Shown here piece by piece: positions 53,458-64,000 of a stretch of DNA of 64,000 bases. The stretch's first letter is position 1. Each line of letters begins with the position of its first letter. Under the pieces are notes generated by a model. The model did no database searches. It was not told where the DNA came from and saw nothing but the letters and a program-made list of their open reading frames with translations. A program made the translations under genes and the position numbers. Where the stretch lies: positions 173,558 through 237,557 of the forward strand of contig MU006096.1 of assembly GCA_010093705.1 (NCBI GenBank). The letters are read 5' to 3'. Source of the stretch: Patellaria atrata CBS 101060 (taxonomy: Eukaryota).

Positions 53458-54897
53458 TCATGTCGTCCGATTGCTGGGAGGCAGTGGGACCTTACTAGCT
53501 GGCGTTTGATTGGCTCGAGGAGTTGAGTGTTGTGGATGTGGAGGCGGCGCGGGCGCAGGCGCACCGTACGGTATAGCTGGGGGAGGAGCGGGATGTCTGA
53601 ATGTAGGATCGTCCCATTTCAGGCTCATAACGACCGGTGATAATGCTCTAATCTCGCCGAGGACGTGCGATAGCATCGAACGCAGTGTCTTTACCTCTTG
53701 GATCATCCACTGCTCGTATGTTTCTCGTTGTCTTCTCATTTGATCATGGAAAGTTGCCGAAGTAGAGCGCCAGGTATCTTCCTTTTTATCGTGCGATGCA
53801 TCTGCAATTCTCCGACAATCTTCGACCCATTTGACCTGATTGGACAGATTCTTAAGCTCCATGAAGAGTCGAGCTTTACTCCCCGACTCACTTCCGTTCT
53901 CTTCTATCACTGGCTGCGCGAGATCTGCCCCAATCTCCCTGTGCAATGCAGCGAACCTTTCCTCTAACCACGCCTTCTTACTGCGTTCTTCCTCGTGCAT
54001 CTGTTTGAAGAAATCAAACATCCAAGCGTTCTTATCCCTCCATTGCTCGCGCCATCTTCTCATCAATCGCTGTAGATGATTGACACTCTCCACGGTGTCA
54101 TCTTGAATGTCGTCTCTATTGTTCTCCAGCATCTTCTGTAATTCCAACCTAGATCTAGACGGCGCAGGCGTCTCCTCCTCATCCCTCTTACGCTTCAAAG
54201 AAGTATTGCTTCCATCGTCCCCACCTTGCTTGTTGGCGTTCTCTTCTTCCTGCTGCTGTAACTTGCGTCTGGACATGAGATCTCTTTCCAGCATCATATC
54301 CAAGTCCATTTTGTTTGGGAAACGCGCGACTGGTGTCGGCGCAGGATGTCCTGCAGATATAGGAGTGGGCAATGTAATCACTGAATCGCGAGGACTATTT
54401 TCAACGCGCACATCCAGTCCTGAGGGAGTCGCGTCCAGATCATGGACAAGAACAATCTTGTACGACTCTGGACATGGCCCGCGTATATCAACGGTAAAGT
54501 TGCAGGAGATGTCAACGTAGGATCCTGCGGGCGATTCCAATTGCTTTTTCAGGCCTTCGAGGATGTCCTTTAATTGACGTCCCACATCTTTCAACGCGTC
54601 GCGCGATGTGTTGGCCGTAGGGTTAACATCATTACGAGTAGGTACGGTTTCGGGTCCAGAACTGGATAGTACGGAATTCCCGTCGACACGAGCTTCGGTT
54701 TGCGGTTCGGCACGTCGATGCATGGTTGAAGTGGGAGAATTGGGTGAGGTACTGTCGATAGACTCTTCATTCATCTCAACCGATGCGATCGATGCATCGG
54801 AGGGGCGTCTCTGCCTCTTGCGCGGTGGTTGTTCCGGTTGCGATGGGGACGTGACGGCGGTACCAAAATAATTGCGTGGCAGCTTGAAGAAAGACAT
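53458..54897 (-). CDS. Uncharacterised protein with coiled-coil core and Pro-rich tail, intronless
   Basis: Long uninterrupted ORF; ATG at 54897 (MSFFKLPR); NLS-like PPRKRQRR and LKRKRD; charged helical C-terminal half. Confidence 0.8.
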   Translation of the reverse strand: MSFFKLPRNYFGTAVTSPSQPEQPPRKRQRRPSDASIASVEMNEESIDSTSPNSPTSTMHRRAEPQTEARVDGNSVLSSSGPETVPTRNDVNPTANTSRDALKDVGRQLKDILEGLKKQLESPAGSYVDISCNFTVDIRGPCPESYKIVLVHDLDATPSGLDVRVENSPRDSVITLPTPISAGHPAPTPVARFPNKMDLDMMLERDLMSRRKLQQQEEENANKQGGDDGSNTSLKRKRDEEETPAPSRSRLELQKMLENNRDDIQDDTVESVNHLQRLMRRWREQWRDKNAWMFDFFKQMHEEERSKKAWLEERFAALHREIGADLAQPVIEENGSESGSKARLFMELKNLSNQVKWVEDCRRIADASHDKKEDTWRSTSATFHDQMRRQRETYEQWMIQEVKTLRSMLSHVLGEIRALSPVVMSLKWDDPTFRHPAPPPAIPYGAPAPAPPPHPQHSTPRANQTPASKVPLPPSNRTT

Positions 54898-56214
54898 AGC
54901 CCTAACGTAGATGGAAAGGACACATGTAGCAACGCAGCACGACAGGAAGCAGCTTAAGGTAGCAACAAAATCGCACAAAAAGCGCGATTATGGCAAGGAT
55001 GGGAATCACGACTCAGTCCTCGAAAATAATGACGCGCGCAAAATCCAATGGATGATGATTAACGTTAGAATGGGGTACGGTCAATGGGGATTGGGGGATT
55101 CGGGGGTTTGGTGGTGGAGGCGGAGAGATCAGACGAAAAGAGTTGGGCTTGGCACAGAAACGAGATGGGAAAACGGGTCTGGGCGTTGTTTGGGGGGCAG
55201 GGGCCACCAACATGGGCACCAAAATGGCTACATCACTTGGGTGATTGGGTACGTATTTTGGGGGTTTTCTTGGGGCTTCTGCTTGGGGGGGTCGGCTTGG
55301 GGGGTCGGCTTGGGGATCTACAGTCAGGAACGCAGGGCGGAGAAAGCAAAAACAGGGACAACCTTACCTTGACTGCCACTCAGCTGCACCGTAACCTGCT
55401 TACTATCATTTGGATAGAGTAAGCGATCAGCTCGAATAATAGATTATCAGCATCTGCAACCTGTGGTGCACTGGTGGGCATGCAAGTCACTGCAGAATCT
55501 TAAAATACGCCTCAGTTAAAGAGCCCCTGATATCGCTTCAAATGTTTCCATCGCCAAATACCCTCCTTGTCCGTCCGTCCCCTTGCTCCAAACCTAAGGG
55601 CTCGTCTCGTTGCTCAAATTCATCGCAACCTGAAAGCAACCGCGGCAAAACCCCCAAGGTCAATCAGGCTCTGGGCTGAAGATCAGGGACCAAGGACCAA
55701 AGACCTGAGGAGACTTTTCGATTCTCCTACCCCCTCCTTAAGGTTCTTCACGGCTCATTATTATTACGACTATCTGTCAGACTATCAAAGCAGTCGCTCG
55801 ACGGCTGTATGCTAACTTGCCAGCCGCCGAGCATCTTATCGACATTCCCATCGCGTCTAGGCATCCCGTCTTGTCCTTGTTCATCTTGTTTCTCGTCATG
55901 CCGATCCTCTTCGCCTTCCTTTCTCCTGGATGCACTTTTACTACACCTCTAGGCTATGATTCCATTGCCATCTAAACTCGAGCCCTTATTAGCTATACAA
56001 TAAATCTTTCGGATCATATCAATCGCTTCCTAATATATTCCCCTGTATCCTACTCTGATCTTTACTTTCAACCGCCCGCTATTCTCTTCATTCCGCCCAA
56101 AACTTCCGCTGTCGTTTCAATCTCCCCTACCTTGCTGTCTACCTATGAATTTCCAATTTCGCGCATTCCACCCGATGGTGCTGAGACTGTATCTTGGGAT
56201 CTGAACTCGTCCAC

Positions 56215-57961
56215 ATGGATCAAATAGATGAAGTCGAAGAGCCAGATGGCGACTTCGAAAACCCCCCAAAGCGCTCCGGCGCAGTTCGCGCACACGATAC
56301 GATGACCCTCTCTGCTCCTCCGATCCACCCAGTCGCGTGCATGCAAGGTCCATTCGATGAATCAATGGCGGAATCAACTCAAGGCCCGGACGACTCCGCA
56401 AAGAGTGTCAAGGAAACTGAAGATCCCAAGTTGCGACGTCAGAAGGTGTTAGAAGACGAAGAATACAGTTCGTCATACAACGCGCAATGGAGACATAACC
56501 CCAAATCAAAATACCATCCCCTTTGGAAAATAATCGCTCAGATATGCTTCGGCATTCATCTCATGCATCAACGGCTGGCTAAATCGGATGATGAGGTTCT
56601 AAAAATCCTTCAACTCCACGTGGATGAGATTGATACATTTCTTCGAACAACCACTCAAGACTTTGATCTTGCAATGGAAGATATAAAAGAACGACTAAGT
56701 TACTTGAAATTACCACTGGAACACGTCAACATCTTTGATACCATGCTTGACGACCGTCAATTCCGTGCCTCGATTGTTGATGGGAACGAGAAAATCGAAC
56801 GAATAATCGAACGTACTGCCCGAGCGATGAACGATTCTCTAGTAGACGTAGAGAAGGGAATCGAGGCAACAACAGAACTTTCCGCCTATCTTGAGAATAT
56901 TAGAGGGGGATTTGCGGAAGGACAAGAGGAGTGGACGAGTATCTATACCGCGATGAGAGGCAACGCCGAAGGTTGGTACAGGTGTTTTCGTAGTCTTCAG
57001 GTTAAGGGGAATAGTTTAGGAGTGGCTTTGGTTCAATTGGGTAGTATAGTCAACGAGATGTCGAAGCGGGCGGGGGTTGCAAGCAGAAGAAGCATAGTAA
57101 GGACACATATCAACTGCCGTTGCATCTCTAGCTAACGAAACAATGACAAAGATTGCACAGCGTATTGACTCGGATAGTCGATCTTCGTCACGTGTTGCAC
57201 TGGTTCCTCCAGCGCCTCGACGCCCGCAACATCAAATTCCTGATAAGCCGTTACCCAAAGATCCAGACCTTGTTTCACCGGCTGTCCAGGCGACCCTCCA
57301 CAATCAAGAAAAAACCATATATGAAAAGCGCTATGAGAATCCTCGCAAACAGCCCCTGCGACCTGCAGAGAGACCTGCCCAAAGTGCCTCAGATGCATCG
57401 GCGGGGCCGGAGGAGGCGAAAGACAAGACCCTCGCGCACGGGCCAAGTACAACCGAGCAGCATCACAGTGATCGGCCCCAAAAGACATTTGGAATGTCCC
57501 AGCCGGTACTGAGGAAAGGTCATTCGGCTAGCAAATCCGAATCTAATCTGCTGGCCGTCAGCCATAGCAAGCGGTCCAACCGTCCGCCGGTCCGAGATCG
57601 CACTATGTCACCCATAGCTCCCGACTCGGCTTACTCTTCAGGAGATTCGGATTCCGATCTTCACAATATAGCTTCATCGCCGCGTCCATCTAGACGGCAA
57701 TCAAAACCTGGCCTATCCTCTCCAGCTGGTGGGCCTGTAACCCCCTCCGCATTGTCCACGAAGAGCAGTTGGCTATCCAAAGCAAATACGTACTCTTCTC
57801 CTAGCCCGGAACTTCGACGCCGAAAGCATTCTTTTGCAGGCAAGCCCGAAGAGAAGGGCTCTGGGCTCTCATTTTTCAAAAGATTATTTACTCGCAAGGC
57901 AAAGTCACGGCGGAACGGCTCATTTCTCGGTTGTATGGACGAGGCTAACGAATCTGCATAA
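56215..57961 (+). CDS. Uncharacterised protein with helical N-terminal domain and Ser/Pro-rich tail; intron 57097-57160
   Basis: Two long ORFs joined by gtaagg...ctaac...cag; ordered-looking segment YHPLWKIIAQICFGIHL...DFDLAMEDIKERL. Confidence 0.8.
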
Positions 57962-58874
57962 TTTTTTTTTTAACGACCTGTCGATGAACTGTAGCAAGAC
58001 GTGCTTCCACGCCTCAACTGTCGGTTTGATACCCTGCATTCTTCCTTGTCAGCGATGTTCCTATAGTTGGAGGAGTACTATGTTTGCATTTAGAGGACCG
58101 TTGCGGCGCTAACTCATCTACACGGCGTTTTATCATGTATGGTGACACGGGAGAGCAATGTATTGGTCTTTTTTTCTATTAATGATAATCCGATTCGATT
58201 CAATTTAATTGTACTATTGTTTTATCCTATGTTCCCCTTTTGCAAGAGGTTAACTCTCTATTTAATGCGGCTTGAGGAGTGGATAGTGCCTATTTTTTTT
58301 TTTCGATATCATTGAAGTTCAGCTTGTTAAAGGATTATCCTTAGGACCCTGGCATGGAGGGGAGTCGTAGGCTCGTCCCTTCCTCCAAACCTTAGGTTAC
58401 TATAGGTTGTTCCTTCTTTATAGTATTAATACGGTATCTTCCCGTCTTGGAAGAAGCAATCTTCCGTTCCATTCTACCCTCCTTACCGAGGATGGGTTCT
58501 TCTCTCTCCTGTTATTTCGTCTCTGTCGGGTCAGGTCTTCTATTTACCTTTCCTTCTGCTTAATCTTATATGTAAGAGCATCGTTGTTGTCCCTTTTACC
58601 TCAAGGTAGTCACTTCCCATGAATACCATCCAGGGAACGCACAAGTTGCAATCTTACAGGAACGACACCCATCTCGTTCTTGTTGTTGTTGTTATGATTG
58701 ACTGGGAACAGTATGACCGACGAGTACGACCTTTAAAGCTCTTCACGGCCCTCCCGTGTCCTATCATTCCCCACCGGTTAGGGTTTACTTCTCAACATTC
58801 CTTAGGCCTGCTCTCACACAGTCTGTAGGTAACTCGTCTTCCATTATTGTACACAGCGTCAGAAGGTTGTTATA

Positions 58875-61800
58875 ATGCCTCTCAGCGAGCGCGATCTTAA
58901 TGCCAGTGGACGAACAAGTCGAGCTTCCGGTATGTCTGTCAGTTCCAAAAGTGGATACTCATCCTCTAGACCGGACACGCTGTCCAGCAATCCAGCAGTC
59001 ATGAGTATGCTTAAGACCTCGACTGAGTTTGGCGATATCGCTTCTCTCGCTTTACCCTCATACTCCAGGTTGCCACCGTCGGTCCGTCAGACTTACCGTC
59101 GCGGTCAAGATCCTTCTCGTCTGTCGACGAGCTCAGGACACTCGATGAAAAGTTCGAAACGCAGTTCTCATCATCGTGCATGGCCCTCGTCATCCTCTAC
59201 CCGTCGACCCTCCATTACAAGTAGTCTCATGGTCCCACAACGAGGCCCAGAGTTCGGTGGTCCGGATATCACGTCGTCACCCAGCTCACCTACTCCCGTA
59301 CCCAAGGCCCGCCTTTCTAATGAATTGAGATCGTTCTCCATGACTCAAACTACTAGCCCACCCTTTGAGTTCAAAGATCATCGTTCGTTTTCAAGCTTGA
59401 GGGAGCCGATTCCCCCTCCGCGCCCGAAGTCCCCTTACAAGTATCCAACAAGACTCAAACGCCCAGGCTATGGTTCTGTATCACCAATTCTTCAGGACTC
59501 CTCCTCTACACCATATGTTTCAGGTCGTAAAATGCGTTCAGCAACGCGCTCTTTATATTCCATTTCAATAAGTCATCCTAACTCTGAACCCCCACCATTA
59601 CAAACTAGTGAGAATGGATCGGCACCTACACTAAAGACGTCAACATCCGTAAGTTCGAGTCTTCGCAATACCTCGGCCAAGTCCTCGTCAGAGCCGCCTC
59701 CTTCGTCCCCTGCAACTCCAAAGGACAACGAGAACGCACCTGTTCAGGTTCTGTTCAATGCTACGGACGCCAAATATTTAGCCACCGACTTCGAAATCCA
59801 AGGTACTCTTGAAAGCTCTCAAAAACCGTTATACTACGATTATAGCGAGCAATTTGAGATGAGATCCATTGAAAGAGACCCTGTACGGCACGAGAGGGCT
59901 CATGTCTCTGCTGTACCTTTCGGTGTTGTTCATCGTATCAGAACGATTCTGGAAGAGAAGGCTAGCAATGAGATCACGCCCTCGAACGGAAATCCCAACA
60001 ACTTGGTTGTCGACCATTGGCACGAGGATCATAATCACGGAGCTGATGTTCTCGATTTTGCAGATCAATCTGCTATGTCTCGTCCACAAAGTAAAGACCA
60101 CGATGTTAGACTGTCAGTGGTACCCGAAGAAGTGTCCTATTCCAGCCTCCGGGAAGAGATTGCGGAGCTTCAGGGGGATGATGGACCAGTTGAGTTACCT
60201 GCGACTCCAGTTGGAACAAGAATCACGCGGGAAATGATACTTGAAGCTGTTGGACCCACTTCAGACCCCACTGAAGATGATACCAGAACAGTTTCTCTCG
60301 GCGCGGACTTACAAGACAGTTATGGAGACGCCCCAACAGAAAGATGCTCAGGTTCTGAGGAATTTGTGGCATCTCTGGACGCAAAACCCCATGATGTCGT
60401 AATTGAAATGGACTGTTCTATGGAGTACAAGGTGGATGTCTGTACTGGGATTGAAACTTCCAACCCCCTTCAAGATGATCAAGATCAATCTGTGCCACCA
60501 GATGAAGCGTCACCACTTTGTCACTGTCCCATTAGATCGTCTTTGGAGGGAAAGGACACACATTTTGGCTCAGCGATAATTCATGGCGCAGAATCAATGA
60601 AGTCTCAGAGGACACGAGCTTCAGCTGAATCTCGGAGGCCGCACTCTTCATTTGCGCATTTGAACGCCCCTGATCAACCAATCGCGGAGGCTTCGAAACT
60701 CGGCGTTCGACGGAAAACCGTATCAACTACAGCAGAAGCTAGACAGGAAGGAACTCGGGATATAGCTCTATTGTTTTCCTTCTCACCATTTCCAAAGTCT
60801 AAGATGGATGTACAGCCTAAAGATGAGGGATCTGCGTTACCTCCACCGGAGATAAGTGGTGCAACACCTTCTATCAAAGCCACAGTAAGTAAGCATACAG
60901 AGACAGTTTTAAGGACTTCGAATCCACTCAAACACCGTCGTCATCGTAGTGAAGACGGCTCCTCCATCGAGCCATTCTCAAAGCACCAAGACGCTGAGAG
61001 TGGGAGAACCGCCGAACCGGGTGAATTGATACCTGGTTTGGATATTCGACAGGTTTCTGCTGAACAGCAGTGTTCCGAAGTTATTAGCAAAGTACCAAGA
61101 TATCCCTCTTTCCCTTACCCTTCGGGCCATCTTCCAGGTTTACCAGAAGATCGCCAACAGGATTTGACATCGGAGGAAATAAAGAGACTAGCATACAAGT
61201 TTCCGTTGCCTTTTTCGGCCACAAATAGGGCTTCATTCGAGCCAATTCGGATTTCGAGCGAGCCACCATCAAGAAATAGTTGTCTCAATTCTTTGCGCAA
61301 GTCTGAAGCACTGTCACAAACACGATTATTACCTTCATTAAATTTCAGTCACATGGATTTGGTTTCGAAGCTAAATGACGCGCTTGATGTGAAGTCTACA
61401 AAGTCGTTTGACGGACTTCACCTTAAAATTACGTCGCAAGTCGACTCTTCACCAGTACGGCCGTCTTCAGCCTCTGCTGTTCGGGATAAATATAAGAGCT
61501 TTTTTGCTACTCTAGATTCTTTGGACACTGGAGAAACCAGAAAACTAGACAACGAAAATACCGAAACTTCGCCTTCACATTCACCATTAGTCTCAAATCA
61601 GGTGATCGAAGAGGTCAACAGACTTTCGGTTCCCTCTGTAACCGGTTTGACTCAACGGCTTTCAGAACTGTTACCTTCTTTGCAGCGACACTACGAAAAC
61701 AACGAACAACGCGAGAAGACGCGCCAAAAGAAAGTCATCCCCCGTGAAGCCGCTCCTGGTCGTGCAAATTCGACAGCTCGACTTCGCCCCTTACCTGGAA

Positions 61801-62870
61801 AGTCAGAGATGGCCGTGGTCGATGATGACGACTATGAAAAGACGATGTTAAAGTATCGGGCCCGTAAACCTACATGGTCGCTATCCAGCTCGGATTTGGA
61901 TTCGGACACGGACAACAAAACTCATTCCACTGCAGTTGAGAGTGCCACGAGTGTGAATGATCCAAAGACGGCGAAGGGTAAAGCTCAAGCATCTACTACT
62001 GGGATGACTCGTTCGCTGTCACTCCCAGCAGTCGGTCGATGCAAAGGTTCGCGTCACCATTCAAAACAGGCTCGTAGGAGTTTGAGAGATCCACACTTTT
62101 CTATGGGGGGTTCACCTTCCGTAAAACGCCCTGTAAGCTTTGATACGAGTTCTGGATGGGTTCGAGGTGAAACCACGACTGAGATCAGCGGCCCAGCTCC
62201 CCCTACTCTTCGTTCAAAGGTCGGCTCCTTGATCAACAAATCACTTGGTAGACCCTCTTCCGGCACGGATATGACCGACGATCGAACTATCACAGTTGAG
62301 ACAACGTACACGGTATCAAGGTCCAGCGATCCTTTCCAGTCAGCCAATCCGCTCCAGTCATCAACCTACAGGCATAGTCGAAGCGAAGGCTTCATCAATA
62401 GTAGCTATGCTTCGGGTCTGAACGCTTCCCAGCCGGATGACAGGACGGTCGATATCGGGGAACGCTATCCCACTACTGGACTCACGCTACCTTCTGGGTG
62501 TGAAATGGGGGAAGTTCAGAGCTGCTTTTCAGAAAATACCTCTGTAGGTCGCCGTCAAGGTCTCTTCCAAAGGACCGTGTCGGAAATAAAAGCTCGGACT
62601 TTATCACGAACCCAAACAGCGGTAGGCGCTAGAAACTCGAAACGAGGTGGGCTGAACTCGTTGTCCGGAGATTCTCAGGCTCTCAATACTGGCAGTGTCA
62701 ATACGTACGCGGGCACGGTTGGAATGTCTCGTCTTGAGTTTGGAGCGAGAAAGGTTGTTGACAAGATTAAAGGTGCGTGGTTTCGCCTGCGTAACCCGCG
62801 TGTCCGCAGGTCTGAACCTGAAGATTGGCTTGCGGACAGTCCTCTGACCCAAGTCTACTCGGGCACTTAA
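58875..62870 (+). CDS. Large Ser/Pro-rich, probably disordered uncharacterised protein (1331 aa), intronless
   Basis: 4-kb uninterrupted ORF with ATG; short motif islands SMLKTSTEFGDI, SPYKYPTRLKRPGY, LYYDYSEQF and LPSLNFS. Confidence 0.85.
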   Translation: MPLSERDLNASGRTSRASGMSVSSKSGYSSSRPDTLSSNPAVMSMLKTSTEFGDIASLALPSYSRLPPSVRQTYRRGQDPSRLSTSSGHSMKSSKRSSHHRAWPSSSSTRRPSITSSLMVPQRGPEFGGPDITSSPSSPTPVPKARLSNELRSFSMTQTTSPPFEFKDHRSFSSLREPIPPPRPKSPYKYPTRLKRPGYGSVSPILQDSSSTPYVSGRKMRSATRSLYSISISHPNSEPPPLQTSENGSAPTLKTSTSVSSSLRNTSAKSSSEPPPSSPATPKDNENAPVQVLFNATDAKYLATDFEIQGTLESSQKPLYYDYSEQFEMRSIERDPVRHERAHVSAVPFGVVHRIRTILEEKASNEITPSNGNPNNLVVDHWHEDHNHGADVLDFADQSAMSRPQSKDHDVRLSVVPEEVSYSSLREEIAELQGDDGPVELPATPVGTRITREMILEAVGPTSDPTEDDTRTVSLGADLQDSYGDAPTERCSGSEEFVASLDAKPHDVVIEMDCSMEYKVDVCTGIETSNPLQDDQDQSVPPDEASPLCHCPIRSSLEGKDTHFGSAIIHGAESMKSQRTRASAESRRPHSSFAHLNAPDQPIAEASKLGVRRKTVSTTAEARQEGTRDIALLFSFSPFPKSKMDVQPKDEGSALPPPEISGATPSIKATVSKHTETVLRTSNPLKHRRHRSEDGSSIEPFSKHQDAESGRTAEPGELIPGLDIRQVSAEQQCSEVISKVPRYPSFPYPSGHLPGLPEDRQQDLTSEEIKRLAYKFPLPFSATNRASFEPIRISSEPPSRNSCLNSLRKSEALSQTRLLPSLNFSHMDLVSKLNDALDVKSTKSFDGLHLKITSQVDSSPVRPSSASAVRDKYKSFFATLDSLDTGETRKLDNENTETSPSHSPLVSNQVIEEVNRLSVPSVTGLTQRLSELLPSLQRHYENNEQREKTRQKKVIPREAAPGRANSTARLRPLPGKSEMAVVDDDDYEKTMLKYRARKPTWSLSSSDLDSDTDNKTHSTAVESATSVNDPKTAKGKAQASTTGMTRSLSLPAVGRCKGSRHHSKQARRSLRDPHFSMGGSPSVKRPVSFDTSSGWVRGETTTEISGPAPPTLRSKVGSLINKSLGRPSSGTDMTDDRTITVETTYTVSRSSDPFQSANPLQSSTYRHSRSEGFINSSYASGLNASQPDDRTVDIGERYPTTGLTLPSGCEMGEVQSCFSENTSVGRRQGLFQRTVSEIKARTLSRTQTAVGARNSKRGGLNSLSGDSQALNTGSVNTYAGTVGMSRLEFGARKVVDKIKGAWFRLRNPRVRRSEPEDWLADSPLTQVYSGT

Positions 62871-63864
62871 TGGCTGTTTCCGCTTGTCCTTTGGTACCAG
62901 GTGGATTGAGTGATATGGATATTCGAACCTCGCTTCCGTTCACGGCATATTGTAACTCAAATATCTTCGATGTCTTTCTCTCCTTCGTCTTGGTATGCTA
63001 AGACAATCGCTCATCAGTTGTCGGTTTCCCTATCCTGCTTCCTGTTGGAGGCCAATCTTTCTATCCTATGCAACACATGTTTTGCGTTTCTTTATGGAGG
63101 GCATATGGCTACTAGGACAATCTTTTCTCCACGGTTGTTGAACGCTATCTCGCGACGGCTAATGGAGTAAGGTGGTTGATATGTCGCATAGGATAATCAT
63201 TCATGTATTATAATTTCTGGCATAGATGCCACAGCAGAGATAGGGATATATGCTTCATTAGCATAGAGGTAGATGCTTCATTAAGCATAGGAATCAATGC
63301 ACAAGATGATATTGCGCTAAATGATGTGTCTATTTTTTGAGGTCGATGACTTGAATCGATGGCCAGGATGTTTGTTTCCGCTATGACTTGCAGCTCGAAC
63401 TGATGTACATCCATCATAGGATATTTCTCAGAGGACGATGACTAAGTAGTAACCCTAATTCCAAGCTCACATCAAGCAGACGACATTGAGTTAGCCTTCT
63501 AGCACCCAAAGTTGGTGTTCCATTTTGACCCAAACCATTGAGCGCATGGAGATGTGAGAAGTATCATGAAGCCTCTAGCTGTAGCATTTATGACCTTTCC
63601 CTTACTATTTGCCCATATAACCTATACCTCAATCGCAAGGTTGACCTAGGGAACGTGAAAACGGAAGATGGACACAATCAGAGCACGGCTCACTGAGCAA
63701 CACCGTCATCCAGAGCACGAGCATCAGTTCACGAATGAATTCTCGATACAATATCTCGTTGTACCGTACAGTCCAAGAGCTCAACAAAGTGAATACGACA
63801 GGGCCCAATAAGTATCCTAACACCAAGAAACCATTATGACCCTCAGAGTACCCAACCCCTAAAA

Positions 63865-63999
63865 TCAGAACACTGCGCCCCCGATAATGAAGACCCGTTC
63901 CTCCTCCCTGCGGACCCACTGCACGACCCTGTTCGCGGCCTGTGCCAGAGCGGCCCGAGACGTTGTACCAGGCGCGACGGCATAGAGGTCGAATAGGGG
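63865..63999 (-). CDS. Probable 3' end of a gene continuing beyond the window
   Basis: GC-rich open frame [48 protein letters not shown] running off the window edge. Confidence 0.5.
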   Translation of the reverse strand, partial: PLFDLYAVAPGTTSRAALAQAANRVVQWVRREEERVFIIGGAVF

Positions 64000-64000
64000 G

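Noticed and set aside
54911..55422. Gly/Trp-rich ORFs on the + strand
   Set aside because: By-product of G-runs in a promoter region
63629..63919. 96-aa minus-strand ORF
   Set aside because: Non-ATG start; likely an alternative frame plus 3' UTR of the truncated gene ending at 63865
1..64000. Intact transposons, rRNA or tRNA genes
   Set aside because: No transposase, RT or integrase motifs, LTRs, TIRs or RNA-gene structures were recognised by eye

Overview
Eukaryotic, intron-containing DNA from a filamentous ascomycete (Pezizomycotina; the gene order around the melanin genes suggests Dothideomycetes, which is an inference). The first ~11.3 kb has no intact gene I can support. It lies upstream of part of a DHN-melanin cluster: a CMR1/AMR1/PIG1-type regulator (two C2H2 fingers in small exons missed by the ORF track, plus a Zn2Cys6 domain) followed by a hydroxynaphthalene reductase (THR1/BRN1/BRM2-type). 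The rest is a dense block of housekeeping genes: ELYS-like, CLPP, SMC6, F-box, APC2, OTU1, RSC1/2, MRPL36, flavin-reductase-like, MED11 and TAF5. Interspersed are two multiply disabled pseudogenes (APH/kinase-like and D-serine dehydratase-like), an 11-bp satellite spanning a 100-N gap, a Kelch-type membrane protein and three uncharacterised proteins. I found no strong evidence for a wholly new biological system. The best leads are the gene desert upstream of CMR1, the two pseudogenes, two GC-AG introns, recurrent intergenic motifs and a G-quadruplex-like tract. All calls are from reading the sequence and recalled family motifs; no searches were run.
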